From: the human T2T-CHM13v2.0 reference genome, Homo sapiens
DNA length: 64,000 nucleotides
Direction: 5' to 3' (one strand)
Assembly (NCBI RefSeq): GCF_009914755.1
Contig: NC_060928.1
Shown piece by piece: positions 26,584 to 39,772 of the stretch (positions within the stretch are counted from its first letter, which is position 1; each line of letters begins with the position of its first letter). Made by a program: the position numbers and the translations under genes. A model generated the notes under the pieces. It was not told the DNA's origin, made no database searches, and saw nothing but the letters and a program-made list of their open reading frames with translations.

Positions 26584-28761
26584 CCTGCAAATATTTCTTG
26601 AGTACTCACTCTATTTTCTTATTCCAGTGGCCAGTAGAAAAATCAGTTAATGCTAGTGAAAGTCTTTTGAGATTCATGTGTGAAATATGTAATCTTAAAT
26701 TGTTGGCCATAATTTCATAATTTGCCAATTATGAAAATATTCTGAACTGTAGTCTTTTTTTTGAGTGAAAATACAAAATTAAAAAGAGATTAGGTAGTTA
26801 GGTTTAGGTAATATTATCAATGTAGACCAATGAATTAAATTCTACAGGAAGAAAAAAAAGAACTCATTTGGCTACTTTATAGTTACCAGGAGCCATTTCC
26901 CATCCTGCTCCCAAACTGAGGGCACATAGATTTAAACAAATTTCTGCTTTCTCAGGAATTACAACACTTTAGAACCACAAGTTTATTTACTTATTTAAGG
27001 ACATATCTGAGTCAGGACTTAGTCACATTACTAAAATTGATTTATTAACTTTTTTCCCCAATGATTGAAATAATTTTAAATCAAAGTGATCTGTGTTAAA
27101 AGTAGGGAGCTTTTTCTGCATGAAGAAATAACAAGACCTTGTAGGTCTTATTAAGCCCATATTAAGCCATTGTAAGCGTTTTCCTTGGCTTTGCATGTAA
27201 AATGCTATGTGGTCTACAAAAAAAGTAGCAAGGGATTCCTTAAGTTTTCTACTTGTTAAGTGGTCCAGTTCATAGTTACTATGGATCCAGTTCAAAGCAG
27301 TGCTCTGAATACTAATAACAAAACTAGTTTTGCTCAAGTATTTTTTCTAATTCTGAGGTTAAAATTGAAAACAAGAGCTATATTCAATATTAAATTTTCT
27401 CGTTTACAAAACAATGTATTTATCCTGGAGTATTTTTCTTGTTTCTACAACTTCAGGGAAATGACAAGCTGGGATTTCAGAAGTTCTGAGGATATATTTT
27501 GATATTTTAATAGGACTATTGCCAGCTATGATTAGACACTCAATAAATAATTGAATTGAATTGTTTGGGTACTTTCATCAAAGAGAACATAATGTAGATT
27601 TCTTTTTGTTTTTACTTTAGAATACTCCTGGAAAGTCTTCATTAAGTAGAAAACAAAACAAACCATAAGACCCACAAGGAATAACAAAATCGACTTAGGG
27701 GCTATGGAGTTTGACTTAGCAACTTGTACTCGATCCTTTATAACAAAACCTCTCTGCTAATGTGAAGCAGCTGTGGCAATTTCACAAAATGGCCTAAACT
27801 GTTGAAAAGCCATTAAGGGTCTGATGTATGTAGAATAAAAAGGTTCATTCAGCTTTTTAAAAGGTTTCCCAATATGGAGTGTTATTTTATTTTATAACCA
27901 AGTCTTAGTCATATTAAGTTTAAATGCCACAGAAAATTTTAATGACCATGTGGCTGGCTTTTTCGGTGAAATAGCAGGAATTCTTCAACATACCTAAAAT
28001 TCTTTTAGAAAAAAATTGGTACAAATCTATAAGACACACCATGCAAGTTCCCACTATTAAATGCAGAATTAGAAAATTTAGCAACACATACAGGGTGACT
28101 TACCATTTATGCTTGTCGGGGCACCTAACTGAATTGGAATCAATTTCTTTAATCCTAAAGCACATAGAGTCTGCTGGAAATAATGAAAGCCACTTGCTTT
28201 CCCAGCTTTTTCATAGATCTGAGCCTCAATTATTAACTGTATATTTTTGAAGTTAGTTTTTATAGATCGTATGATTTAAAAAAACATGACTGTGTCTTTT
28301 CCTAAGGATGTGTGAAGGATTACACCTCCAATTCTCATTCCCTTTTTTCCTCTGAAGGTGGTAGCTATATGATGCTTTTTATGCATTCACCTGCTTTACT
28401 TGTTATTTTGAGGTTTAGAAGGTCTATCTTTGTGCCCTTCAAATTATTTCTAAGACAGCAGAAGTGTTAGCTTATTAACGTAGTCTGTATTCTACCTGCA
28501 ATGAGGTAGATATATGATTTCCAGCAGACTTCTAATTGTACAGCCACAAGAGCTGTAAATATGTTCCTTAGAAATGTCTTGTGAATTTTCTTGTACTTTT
28601 CCTGATATGTGCATCAATCTATGTGCTATTCAGATGTACTCAGCTAGACTGGAGGGATCATGTCCAGAGGACTCCTGTGAGTGTTGAGGCCCACACACCA
28701 GAGAAAGGCCAGTTTCAACCTGCTGTACGTCATCACTCTGCCATGTTAACCTGAAAAGCAG

Positions 28762-29696
28762 TGTGATATTGTGATTTGTCATAGGAAATATGTATTCGGT
28801 CTTCATCCCCATTCCTAGCACAGAGTTCCTAGAACTCTTATAATTTCATGAGTAATGGGAGTGGTGGGGGTATTTTTTTGTTATAAAATTTGGCCTTTTG
28901 CCTTCAACTCCTGCAAAGCTCTAGAGCAATAAAAGTGAAAGGAGTGCGTTTTGTTATTCATAACAAGTCCATTTCAACCACAACTGAGATTATGTGAATA
29001 AGGTGATTTCAGAAACCCCCATCACTTGATGGGGAGATGATTGACAAGGGGACCAACCCTGTGGTTAGAACTTGGGGAAAAGAGAGGGGCTGCAGACTGA
29101 GCTAGTTACTACTGGCCAGTAATTTCATCAGCCATGCCTAGATAATGAAGCCTATGTCAAACCCCCCAGAAACGGGGTTTGGAGAGCTTCTGGGTTGCTA
29201 AACATGCAGAGGCTCTGGGAGGACGGCGCATCTGGAGAGATCATGGAAGCTCCACATCCTCTTTCATGTACCTTACTCTACACATCTTTCTAGCTGGCTG
29301 TTTCCAAGTTGTATCCTTTTTTTAACAAACCAGTAATTTAGTAAACAAACTCTTTTCCTGGTTCTGTGGGCCATTCAAGCAAATGATCAAACCCTAGGAA
29401 GAGGCCGTGGGAGCGTCTGATGTATCGCCACTCAGTCAGAAGCACAGGTGTTAACCTGCACTTGCGATTGGCATCTGAAGTTGGGCAGTCTTGTGGGGCT
29501 AGCCTGTAACCTGTGGGATCAGATGCTAACCTTAAGTATATAGGGTCAGAATTGAATTTAATTATGGGATAGCCAATTGGTGTCTGCCAGAGAACCGAGC
29601 TGAATTATTGTGGAAACCCTCCTCACACATCCAGAGATCTGAAATGTTGTGTGAGAGTAGAGTGAGTAAAGAAAAACAGTTTGTTTTTCCTAATCA
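28762..29696 (+). mobile_element. MER21-family solo LTR
   Basis: TGTGATATTGTGATTTG...GGAGAGCTTCTGGGTTG...CTTGCGATTGGCATCTGAAGT...GTTTGTTTTTCCTAATCA. Confidence 0.85.
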
Positions 29697-29829
29697 ACAG
29701 GTCGCAATAGAAACTTTGATGCATAGGGAATAGGACTGGCCATCTTCTGTGAAAATAAGTAAGTCCAAGAAATGGGAGCCTAGGATTTGGTCAAGTGGGA
29801 AGGAACATTTGGAGATGTTGATTCTCTGA

Positions 29830-30440
29830 GGATTCAATCAGCATGTATTTGTGCAAGGCATTTTGCTAAATGTTTTGAGACAGAGAGCTGACACAAGATG
29901 GTCCCTGACTTCACATGGCTTAGGTCTTGTTGGAAAGATCAGATGTATGCATTTTTTATGTTAATAGTAAGGCAGTGCTGCTCTATGCAGAGTGGTGTTC
30001 TCCTGGCACATGACACTGGTATCGGTGTGTGAGATCAGGGAAAGTGCCTGTGGACAGTGATGATTCTCAGCACACCTTGCTGGACAGATTGGCTTTGTGT
30101 AAGACTTTGAATCAAAGACTGAGACAGGGCAAGGGGCTCAAACAGGTGCCCCCAGCCCGTACCTGGTGCACCGAACTTTCCCCAAGTACATAATAGCATC
30201 CCACTGAAAGAGGACAGGGCAGTAGGATGGAGATCAACCCCACGCCGTTTGGAAAGCTAAGGATTGAGCCATAGGGCACAGAGAGGTCTCAGTGTCTCAC
30301 TGGTACTTAGATGCCAATTCCTGTTGAAGAGATGGCACAGTGAGGGGGAATGGATGGGAAATATTTTAAGACTGAATAGTGGATAAGGATGACAAGGGCT
30401 AGGAAGTTCCAGAGAGGGAACAGTGAATGGAAGACTTGGA
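29830..30440 (-). mobile_element. Degraded L2, interrupted by the duplicated 200-bp segment
   Basis: GCAAGGCATTTTGCTAAATG...GGTCCCTGACTTCACATGGCTTA; later GTTCCAGAGAGGGAACAG. Confidence 0.5.
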
Positions 30441-31047
30441 GAAGTCAGTGGAAGTCCGATTTTACCTGCAACATTCCAGCCTCTTAATAAATAGCCATTG
30501 ACTAACAATAAGAACAAACCAGATGTGCTACAAAACCATAGTTTTTCAAAACTTACCAGAGTGCTGAAGATAAAATGAAACAGAAATAAACTAAATTCTA
30601 GAAAGTCATAGACCTTTCCAAGAGAGATGCGACCCAGTTGTTTTTATCCCTGGGGGCATTATAAATACAGAGCCGATATGCCACAGATTGGGGTAAGTGG
30701 AAACCAGCTCCATTTTTAATGAACTCTTAATAGCCACCCGTGGGCTGGTGTGGTAGATGAGATCGCCAAGGAGCATCCTCCTACAGTGAGTCTACACCCA
30801 CCTGCCATCTCTTTCCCCCAGGACTTTTACTGAGAGCACACAACTAAAGAGCCAAAGACTGACACAGGGCAAAAGGCTCAAACAGGTGCCCCCAGACCAC
30901 ACCTGGTGCACCATACTTTCCCTGAGTACATAATAGCATCCCAATGAAAGAGGACAGGGCGGCAGGATGCAACCTCATGCCATTTGGAAAGCTAAGGATT
31001 GGGCTATAAGACACAGAGAGGTCTTAATGTGTCACTGGTGCTTAGAT
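30113..31047 (+). repeat. Direct repeat of ~200 bp (30113-30312 and 30853-31047)
   Basis: Both copies run CAAAGACTGA.ACAGGGCAA..GGCTCAAACAGGTGCCCC...AGTACATAATAGCATCCCA...CACTGGT.CTTAGAT; roughly 85% identical by eye. Confidence 0.95.
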
Positions 31048-31440
31048 CTCAAGTCCTACGGAAAAGATGAAACCAGTGGTAAACTGGAGCTAACTAAAGC
31101 TGCAACAAAGCCCAGAACCATCTCAACTATGGATTGGATTGACTGTCACTTCCCACCCTACACCCTGCACCATCCCAGAGTAGAGGACTGACAGAGAAAG
31201 GGATGCTCCCTTTCCTGGAGGTAAAGATCATTTATTTACTTGTCTCCTTTTTTTATTTTATGCATAATGTCCAGCAAACAATAAAATATTACAAGACACC
31301 TGAAGAGTCAGGAAAATATGATGCGTAATCAAAAGAACAAATAGCCAACAAAACTAATCCATAGATAGCCAGATGTTGGTATCAGCAGACAAGGACTTTA
31401 AAACAGCTGTAATAGCAGCTGAAATGAAACAATCTGATGA
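30450..31440 (+). mobile_element. Old L1M (L1ME-type) 5' region / ORF1 start
   Basis: TTACAAGACACCTGAAGAGTCAGGAAAATATGA...CCAGATGTTGGTATCAGCAGACAAGGACTTTAAAACAGCT. Confidence 0.65.
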
Positions 31441-32430
31441 AAAAGGTATACAATATGACACAATATAATGATCTACAGTTAGTATCTAAGAGAAGCAGAA
31501 AAGGTCCATCTATCCCTCTCCAGTGATCTGCTTTGAATTTATGATTTATTTGCTAGGAAGTAAGAAATAATTAAAATTACTTTGGTGAAAAAATGGAGAC
31601 TTGGAGAATTTGAAATAAACTTGCGTATGGCTATTAAGGTTGAGACAAGATGCTGGGACTGTTTAATTCTAATGTCTGACTTTGCCATATTTTTAACTAT
31701 TTTGAAAATTTTCATTCTATCATATTCTCCTTCTTTATGTATTTTATTATTATTATTTTAAAAGTCAAGCAATATTAAGAAGAAATCCAAATTAGGCTTA
31801 CAAAGTGAAGTAGATGCCAGTCACGAGTTTTGTCCCCATGTGCAATCTTGTGATCTGAGATTAGCAATATCATCTGTATCTATTAATCATAATTTTATAC
31901 ATAATTTTAATTATTTGACTTGATATAATACTTTCAAAGTCATCTATGGTTCATGTTGTTTTCAACAAACATTTCTATTCAGTAATTATTTGGTTCTATC
32001 TTTGCTTACTGATATAGTATTAAAAGTTATATTTTATCAGACCTAAAAATTATATTTTTAAAAATACAAAATGATCACTGAATAAAGAGGGTTTGTACCA
32101 CAGTGTTTTTGCTTGCTACAGTGCTATAAGTTTCATTTATTCCAGATTATTTTACACAAAATCACACAATAAAAAAGGAATATTTTATAATTCTATGTAT
32201 TCCACAGTATCCAATATTAACTGGGTAGAGGATAAGCAGCACAATTACAGTAATAAATTTAACCATTCAGTTATTCACATTCTTATTTCTTGCTGCTACT
32301 GAAAATTACAAATATGAATAAGACCACACTGCCCTTAAGTTGTTCATGGTCTACTAATTGATTGACATTAGTGACAGGTAGAATATAGAGACAGAACCAT
32401 TTTTGATAGTGTTGTGGCATTTGTCTTCTT

Positions 32431-32718
32431 AAGGTAAAGTATAACTTAAAAAAAAATAGATTGAATAAAGCAATACATGCGAAGTAGTTTCAAATAGTGA
32501 TTGGCACATAGTAAGTCTGCAATAATTGTTAGTTATCTTATTATTTTTATTAATATCATTATTATAAAAACAAAGTAAGGTAAAGCATAACTTTAAAAAA
32601 TTAGATTGAATAAAGTAATACATGTGAAGTAGTTTAGCATAGCGATTGGCATGTAGTAATCCTATGATAATTGTTAGTTATCTTATTTTTATTAATATCA
32701 TTATTATAAAAGCAAAGT
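32431..32718. repeat. ~145-bp head-to-tail tandem duplication containing a MIR 3' fragment
   Basis: Copies 32431-32576 and 32577-32718 both start AAGGTAAAG and end CAAAGT. Confidence 0.95.
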
Positions 32719-33059
32719 ATAGAGATGATCTGAAGGTTTTCCTCTTGTATGTATAGGTACACTACCATTTGCTTCACTCCCTAAAATGTTACATTTGAAA
32801 AGTATAGGGAAAACATTTGAAGTAATTTGAATTTTTTTTTTTTCAGAATTAACTTGCAAAGCCTGAAACAACTAATATGGATAAGTTAAGCAATAGCTTC
32901 ACAGCAGGAAATTTTATTTTGGTAGCCACAGACTAGTTTTCACTATATTTCAAAAGCATTAGAACTTACTTTGCGTTTTTGTACTAGAGTGTTCATATCT
33001 AGTTTGGTCAGCTTTGCCATTTCCATAATCAGTTATACATGTAAAACAGATATACATGT

Positions 33060-33182
33060 CTGGGTAATAGAGCTTACACAATTTTGAAGTGTCTCCTTAA
33101 GAAAAAGGGCTTGGAAAGAACCTATTCAAGTGAGGGGCTCTGAATCTTAAGCTTCATTAGATTCATGATAAATTGTATTCTG
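33060..33182 (-). mobile_element. MER53-like hAT fragment
   Basis: CAAGTGAGGGGCTCTGAATCTTAAGCTTCATTAG. Confidence 0.55.
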
Positions 33183-34486
33183 CTTTGTTGGTATTTAAAA
33201 CTGTTCTCCAAGATGAGATCAATCTAAATTTGGTTTGCTGTACAAGAATGTACGCTCTTTTCCGTGCCACTCTCTTGCTTTCTCTTTAATCACTTCTTCT
33301 TATTAGGCATTAGAAATACAGCCTCTATTGGTTATAAATATGTTAAGTCCTTTGGGAACAAAAGTACAATGAAATAAATAGAAAATAACATACATTAAAT
33401 TTCTTTGGGCATAGTTGTAATTTCTGTGGGTCTACATTTAGGTCTACCAGATTTCCTTTCAGCTTACCTTCTTTTAAAAAATTCTGTTAATAGAGTCATT
33501 TGCCTGTTTTCTTAGCTGCCTCTTAAGAAAGCCTTAAGAAAATTTTGTGATTTTTTTAAATTCCACAAAAATACATTGAACAACTACTAAATACCATGCA
33601 CCATATCTTCCCAAGTCAGTAATTTACCTACACTCCCTTCTGTTCTGCCTTCACAGTACCTTATATTGTGTTTCCCATCTTTCATTCTCTTTCCTGCCCC
33701 CTTCTGTTTGTTTTTAATATGATCCTCTATGGACTCCTGGTCGTGTCAGCTTTCCTACTATGATACACTAGTTTCTAGGTGATAATTTGACCACTGTATT
33801 CTTAAACATCGAAGGATAGCTTTAATTGATTTAACCACTTGACTTTAAGCTGCAGTTCAATGTTCAACTGATATGATGGCACCATTCATAAGGGAAGAAC
33901 GTATGAGACACATAAGTCAAATGGGAGATAGGATAAGTGCTCCTATCTGACATCTTGATTAATATGAATTATGTCAAGCTTATTTAGTAGTTCATAAGTT
34001 CACATCAGCAATGATAACAGTAGCCATTAGTGATGACCCTGAAAACGTTGAGCCTTTAAGAGCTAGGATTTTCTTTGAAGTTCAGGACATTTAGCCACCA
34101 AAGTTCAACTCTAAGACAGGATGCAAAGTAGAAAGTGGAATCTGTTGAAAACATCAATGGACCTAATTTCCTTTTTCACCATCATGCTTCATAAAGTTCT
34201 CAGGTCATTTTCATTAGTTATGGAATTATGATACAATAAGGATATTAATAAAATCACCAATTTTATTTTCAAAGAAGAGATCTTAGTCCATTTTGAGAAA
34301 ATAGATCTCTGTAGGGCAGAGGGAAAGGGGATCATTCATTTTTCCTAGAACAGGGTATACGACAATTTCCACACAGCTGCCTTGCTCAGTTTTCCAATGA
34401 TCATGGAAGGACCCTATAGAGGAATAGTAGACTATAGTCATCAGGCTGTAACATGTCCAAGACATAGCTGTCTTTTCATTAGTCGG

Positions 34487-34676
34487 TAGTGTTTCTCATG
34501 GAGCACTCTTGGATCATCTGTATCAGGATCACCTGGGATAATTATTAAAAATGGACATTCTTGGACCCTACCCCAGATCTACTGTACCAGAATCTCTGGA
34601 GATGGGGCTTGGAATTCTGCATTTAACACTGTCTCTCCAGCTACTTGTTATATACACTGAAGTCTGATAATCAGTG
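34487..34676. mobile_element. MER5A/B hAT-Charlie MITE
   Basis: AGTGTTTCTCA...ATCACCTGGG...CCCCAGATCTACTG..CAGAATCTCTGG...CTGCATTTAACA; ~190 bp. Confidence 0.8.
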
Positions 34677-35162
34677 CCTTCTGAGTGCATAGTTTTTAAA
34701 TCCTGAAGGATTTATGAAATTTACTTTCTTATTCATATGTACTTAGTGAAAAACTAGAATTTTTATTTTTGAACAAAGGAGATATTAATGAAGGTAAACC
34801 TTGGTGGACCCATCCCTTCCAATGAAATGCTTAGCATGCCTATGGTGAAATTAAATCACAAGGAAAAAGAGTTATATAATTACTCCTTTTCCCCAAAAAA
34901 ATTCAGTTAATTATGAGATCTCGAGGATGGCTTGTAGCATAACATAATTGAGGTCACTTGAAATGGCATTCTCAACTCTGATACTCCACAATGGTCACCA
35001 AGAGCAGATTTGGTGGCAAATTGCACACCCAGAAGTATACCTGGAATATCATAAACTTCTTGGATAGATGGTAGTGGTTACATGTGTCCTGGTGTACTAA
35101 TTATTTGACTATGCCAATCCAGTGTAAAATGTGTCCAGACAGAAATGTAACTGGATGCCTGG

Positions 35163-35527
35163 TGATATGGTTTGGCTGTGTCCCCACCCAAATATCATCT
35201 TGAATTGTGGCACCCATAATTCTCACGTGTTGTGGGAGGGACTCAGTAGGAGATAATTAAGTCATGAGGGTGGTTCCCCCATACTGTTCATGTTGTAGTG
35301 AATAAGTCTCAAGAGATCTGATGGTATTATAAACAGGAGTTCCTTTGCACAAGCTCTCTCTTTGCCGGCTGCCATGTAAGATGTCTCTTTGCATTTCCTT
35401 CGTCTTCTGCCATGATTGTGAGGCCTACTCAGCGATGTGGAACTATGAGTCAGTTAAACCTCTTTCCTTTGTAAATTACACAGTCTCAGGTATGTCTTTA
35501 TTAGCAGCATTAGAACAGACTAACACA
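35163..35527 (+). mobile_element. THE1B-like solo LTR
   Basis: TGATATGGTTTGGCTGTGTCCCCACCCAAA...CAGACTAACACA; perfect TSD CCTGG. Confidence 0.95.
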
Positions 35528-36098
35528 CCTGGGCATAACTTAGTCAAGAGATGCTCTACATTATTGACACAGTTGCAAAGTGGCTGAATACGGAGTTTAG
35601 TAATTTCAGCTTGAGGGAATGCCCCATTTTTGTAATCTCCATTGAAACTCCTCATGATTGCACTTAGGCATTCCATGTGTTTGCAGATCTATTTTTGTCT
35701 CTTGTAATCTTCATGTTAACTCTCTTGTGCTACTCTCACCTCAGGGACTGGAGTTTGATTCCAGCCTCAGACTGTTCATTAATCCAGTTGCTTTCTTACA
35801 GTTCTTGTCGCATTGTTCCTGCAGAGGCAGGAAAGATCCCCACGGTGTGGTGTTTACAGCGTATGTGATTCCTGTTCCTGTCTCAGAACCTGTTGTCTGG
35901 CTTGGGGTCTTTCCTTTGTTGAGGCCTGAGGCGCAGGCTCAGATTAGGTGTTACTCCTATCTCTTTATCTCCGGAAATATTGGAGATGGTGAATATTCAT
36001 ATTGAAATCTGGAAAGTGTTTTAAGTTCTTTACAAAAGAACTTAAAAGTCAATGTTAATACAAAAAGTAGAAAATCTCAAAAACAAAGAAACCCTATC

Positions 36099-36453
36099 TG
36101 ATATCATTTGGCTCTGTGTCCCTACCCAAATCTCACCTCGAATTGTAATAATCCCCACATGTCAGAAGTGGAACCAGGTTGAGGAAATTGAATCATGGGG
36201 ACAGTTTTCCCCATGCTGTTATTATGATAGTGAGTGAGTTCTCATGAGATCTGATGGTTTTATAAGCGTCTGGTATTTCCCCTGCTGGCACTCATTTTCT
36301 CACCTGCCACCATTGAAAAGGTGACCTCTGCCATGATTGTAAGTTTCCTGAGGCCCCGCAGCCATGCAGAACTGTGAGTCAATAAACCTCTTTTCTTTAT
36401 AAATCACTCAGTCTCTGGCATTTCTTTTAGCAGCATGAAAATGTACTAATACA
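36099..36453 (+). mobile_element. THE1C/D-like solo LTR
   Basis: TGATATCATTTGGCTCTGTGTCCC...ACTAATACA; TSD CTAT(C/T). Confidence 0.92.
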
Positions 36454-36454
36454 C

Positions 36455-38345
36455 TATTGTTAATATTTAAAAATGATAAGAGAAAATGCATTTATGAAAT
36501 CATAATGAGAAAAAGGATACATTTATATTACAAGAACAGAGCTCTTGAAAATTAAAAATTATGATAAATGAAAGAAAAATTCAATAAAAAATAAGAATGT
36601 ACAGTTGAAGCAATATTCTAGAAATTTGTATAGAAAGATAAGGAAATAAAATATAGAAAAGATAGAAAGGTAGGAAAGAATCCAGAAGGTGAAAAATTTG
36701 GACAAAAGAAATTCTAGAAAGACAGAACAGAATAAGGAAGGGAGAAAATTATTAAAGAAATAATTTAAAAATGTTCCAGCACTGAAGGGTACTAGCATTG
36801 AATTAAAGGAGCCCAACAATTGCCTAGAACACTGTATGAAGAAAGATCTATGCTACAGCGTGTAAAATTTCAGACCATCTGAGGAAGGAGAAACTTCTAA
36901 ATGCTGATTAGAGGAGGTCAGGAGAGGGGCGGGGAGAGAGAGAGAAACAGGAATCATGTATCAAAATGACAGATGACTTCTCAACAGCCACCCTGGAAGA
37001 AGGGGAACAGTGAGGCAAAGGCTTCAAAATTCTCAAATGTTATTTCAACCTAGAATCTGTGCGTATTAGAAATATTCTCCCAAACTAGGAGTCAAGTATG
37101 AGAGAACAGAAAAGAGTTTCAGACATGAAAGCTTCAAAATGAACCTATTATATAACCTTGCTTAGAGAGCCTCTGAAAAATCTAACAAAACCCAGAAACA
37201 GGATGCCTTGGTATCCAGAAAATAGGGAAATCAACATAGAAATATAGAAGAAAAGCCACAGAATGAATGAGGAAATGTGGCTCTACAACAATAGCTGTGC
37301 GGATGATCTAGAAGGCAAGTAGTCTAGATTCAAGCAGGCTAGATAGCTTCAGGTAGGCTGTCTTCAAGAGGACAAAATACATAAATACCCAATGTGTTTT
37401 AACCTCTTGAAGCAATATGTAGTGTTTTAGGCTCTTCTTGTGTTGCTATAAAGAAGTACCGAAGGCTGAGTAATTTATAAACAAAGAGGGTTAATTGGTT
37501 CATGGTTCTGCAAGCTGCACAAGCATAACGCCTGCATCTGCTCAGCTTCTGGGGAGGCCTCAAGGAGCTTTTACTCATGGCAGAAGGTGAAGCAGGAGCA
37601 CGCAGGTCACAGAGCAAGAGCAGGGCAAGAAAGAGCAAGGGGGAAGATGCCACACATGTTTAAAGAGAACTCATTCACTATTGTGAAGACAGCACCTAAG
37701 GGCATGGTGCTTAACCATTCATGAGAAATCTGCCCCCATGATTCAGTTACCTCCCTCTAGGCCCCACCTCCAACACTGGGAATTACATCTTGACATGAGA
37801 TTTGGAGGGGACACCCAAACTATATCATTTATGATTATGGGAAACTAAGAGGAGCAAAATTAAGGTGATTATTAACTGAAGGAAATAATGAAAGTTGTAC
37901 AAGAAAAACAATCATGTTAAACTACATGGCTCAGCTCATGAATAACATTCATACATAAAAAGTAACATGAAGAGTGGATACAGATGTAACTGAGAATGAA
38001 GACATAGCTAAGGCAGAAAGATGAGACACTGAAGGCAGGTGTGCACATATAAGTGGGGAAGCTGGGAGGGCTATCAATCAGATGAAACTTTCTTTATTTC
38101 CACAATAGGAAGTTAGTAGGTATCTAAGATTCAAAAATCAAGAAATGAATTATAAGCATGCTAGTTAGGAATATGAAATGAAGATCAAAATAAAAGGATG
38201 GGCAGGTTGAAGTTTTTTGTCTCTGGGGAGCAGAAATGGGATTGTGGTAGGGAAGTGGTAGGGCAAGGCTAGTTTTCATGTAGACTTAAGGAAACTTTTG
38301 ACCTTCTATACTATAAATATGTACAACTTGAATAAAAATAAAAAT
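36455..38345 (+). mobile_element. HAL1 (half-L1) remnant interrupted by an MST LTR
   Basis: A-rich ORF1-like decay (GACTTCTCAACAGCCACCCTGGAAG, TTTCAACCTAGAATC), HAL1-like AGCTGTGC...CTAGAAGGCAAGTAGTCTAGATT, A-rich end at ~38345. Confidence 0.65.
37423..37827 (-). mobile_element. MSTA/B solo LTR
   Basis: TTGCTATAAAGAAGTACC...TTTACTCATGGCAGAAGG...CCAAACTATATCA. Confidence 0.92.
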
Positions 38346-38899
38346 TCTATACATGTTACATAGAACTCCTTCTTCAACATAGCCCCTTCTCTCACCCTTC
38401 CTACTGATGAGCAGGTTTAGATTGGGGATAATGCACTTCTCTTTCTAACCAGTTACTCTGTTAACCTGAAAATCTAGCAAAAGGCACCAGTTTTTTACTG
38501 ATGTCAGTTTCTTTCAAATCAGTGTTTTTTAAAACAGTGTTAAAACATTTTCATTTAAACTTTTCATGGCTAAGAACAACATATTATACCTCTACTTTCT
38601 TTGGACACTATACATTGAAATATTTTATAGTTTTTATTAATACCTTATTTTCCCTTTTTATTTGTGAAACTCTTCAAAGGCTACAAATGGAATGGGACTT
38701 ACTGTTAATATGACTTATCATGGTCATTAAATTGAGTTAATTTAACACTGTTCCAAAGCAAAGTAATGTGTTTTAGTTTTAAAGATGACTTATAAACATA
38801 TTTTGCTAATTTAAGAGAGGAAGATTTCCAACAAACAAATACAAGAATATGAAAATGTCAGCTAGCAGGTGTTTTGCAGGAATTGCTGGGTGGTCTGGA

Positions 38900-39260
38900 A
38901 ACAGTGGTCCCATTAGATTGGGATGGCCAATTAATACGCTTTAAGGAGGTTACTTTTAGGCTGAACCAAAAGGAAAAGGAAGAGACAGTCAGCTGAGGTT
39001 TAGAGAAAGAAGTTCCAGACAGAGGGGTCTGTGAATGCAAATATCCTACAGGAGGAACAAACTTGCCTCCAATTTGGGGACAGCAGAAGGTCAGTGCAAT
39101 TGGAGTCAAACCAACAAGGGGAATGAGGCATGAGATAAAGTTAGTGGTGTAGGCAGGAGCCAGATCATGAGGTGCTGGGTAAATCATCTGCATTTACTTT
39201 TTAAAGACGATGGGAAAGCCATCAAAGAGTTTAACAATTTAGGTGATGCAGTTTTGGCAG
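38900..39260 (-). mobile_element. L2 fragment
   Basis: GTTCCAGACAGAGGG...TGCAAATATCCT...GTAGGCAGGAGCCAGATCATG...GATGGGAAAGCCATC. Confidence 0.7.
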
Positions 39261-39439
39261 GAGTACCTTATACCTTGGTATAAGAAGTTTTTTTTTCCTC
39301 TTCCCTTCTCATTTTCTTTTCTCTAACTTTTTCTTCGTATGTTAATACTATAGAAGTCTTATAGAAATAAAGTCAAAATACTAATAATATAGCCACTATC
39401 TGCTTTAATGACAACTTTCTCTCGTCATCACCCTTTAAA

Positions 39440-39772
39440 CTATTCTTGGTTTTACTCCCCAGGCACCCTCTTATCTATTAAGTGAATTCCTTTTGATCCT
39501 TGGAAACTCATCTTGGTGTCACTTTGGTTAAGCTTTCCCTGGTCTTTTTAAACATAATTAAGGCATTTTATACATGGACTCGTCATAGCAGTTACGACAT
39601 TGTATTATTAATGCAGTTCTATTCACTTTTTCTTAACTGATCATGAGATCCTCCTATCCTAAATAACATGAGTTTGACTTGATAAGGATATATGCTTTTT
39701 CCTTAGGTCTCATGAATATAACACGATGCCCAGCACATAGAAAGCATACAATAAGTGTTTGTTGGATAACTG
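39440..39772 (+). mobile_element. L2 3' end
   Basis: ACACGATGCCCAGCACATAG...AATAAGTGTTTGTTGGAT. Confidence 0.55.

Noticed and set aside
30113-31047. Direct repeats as LTRs of a mini-retroelement
   Set aside because: No TG...CA ends, PBS, PPT or TSD; the spacer is L2/L1-derived
34900-35700. Possible processed pseudogene split by the THE1B LTR
   Set aside because: Joining the flanks across the TSD gives no sustained frame or recognisable protein in the minus-strand frames I translated
38858-39193. 111-aa ORF (likewise 63558-63989, 143 aa)
   Set aside because: Fall inside decayed L2 elements; not host genes
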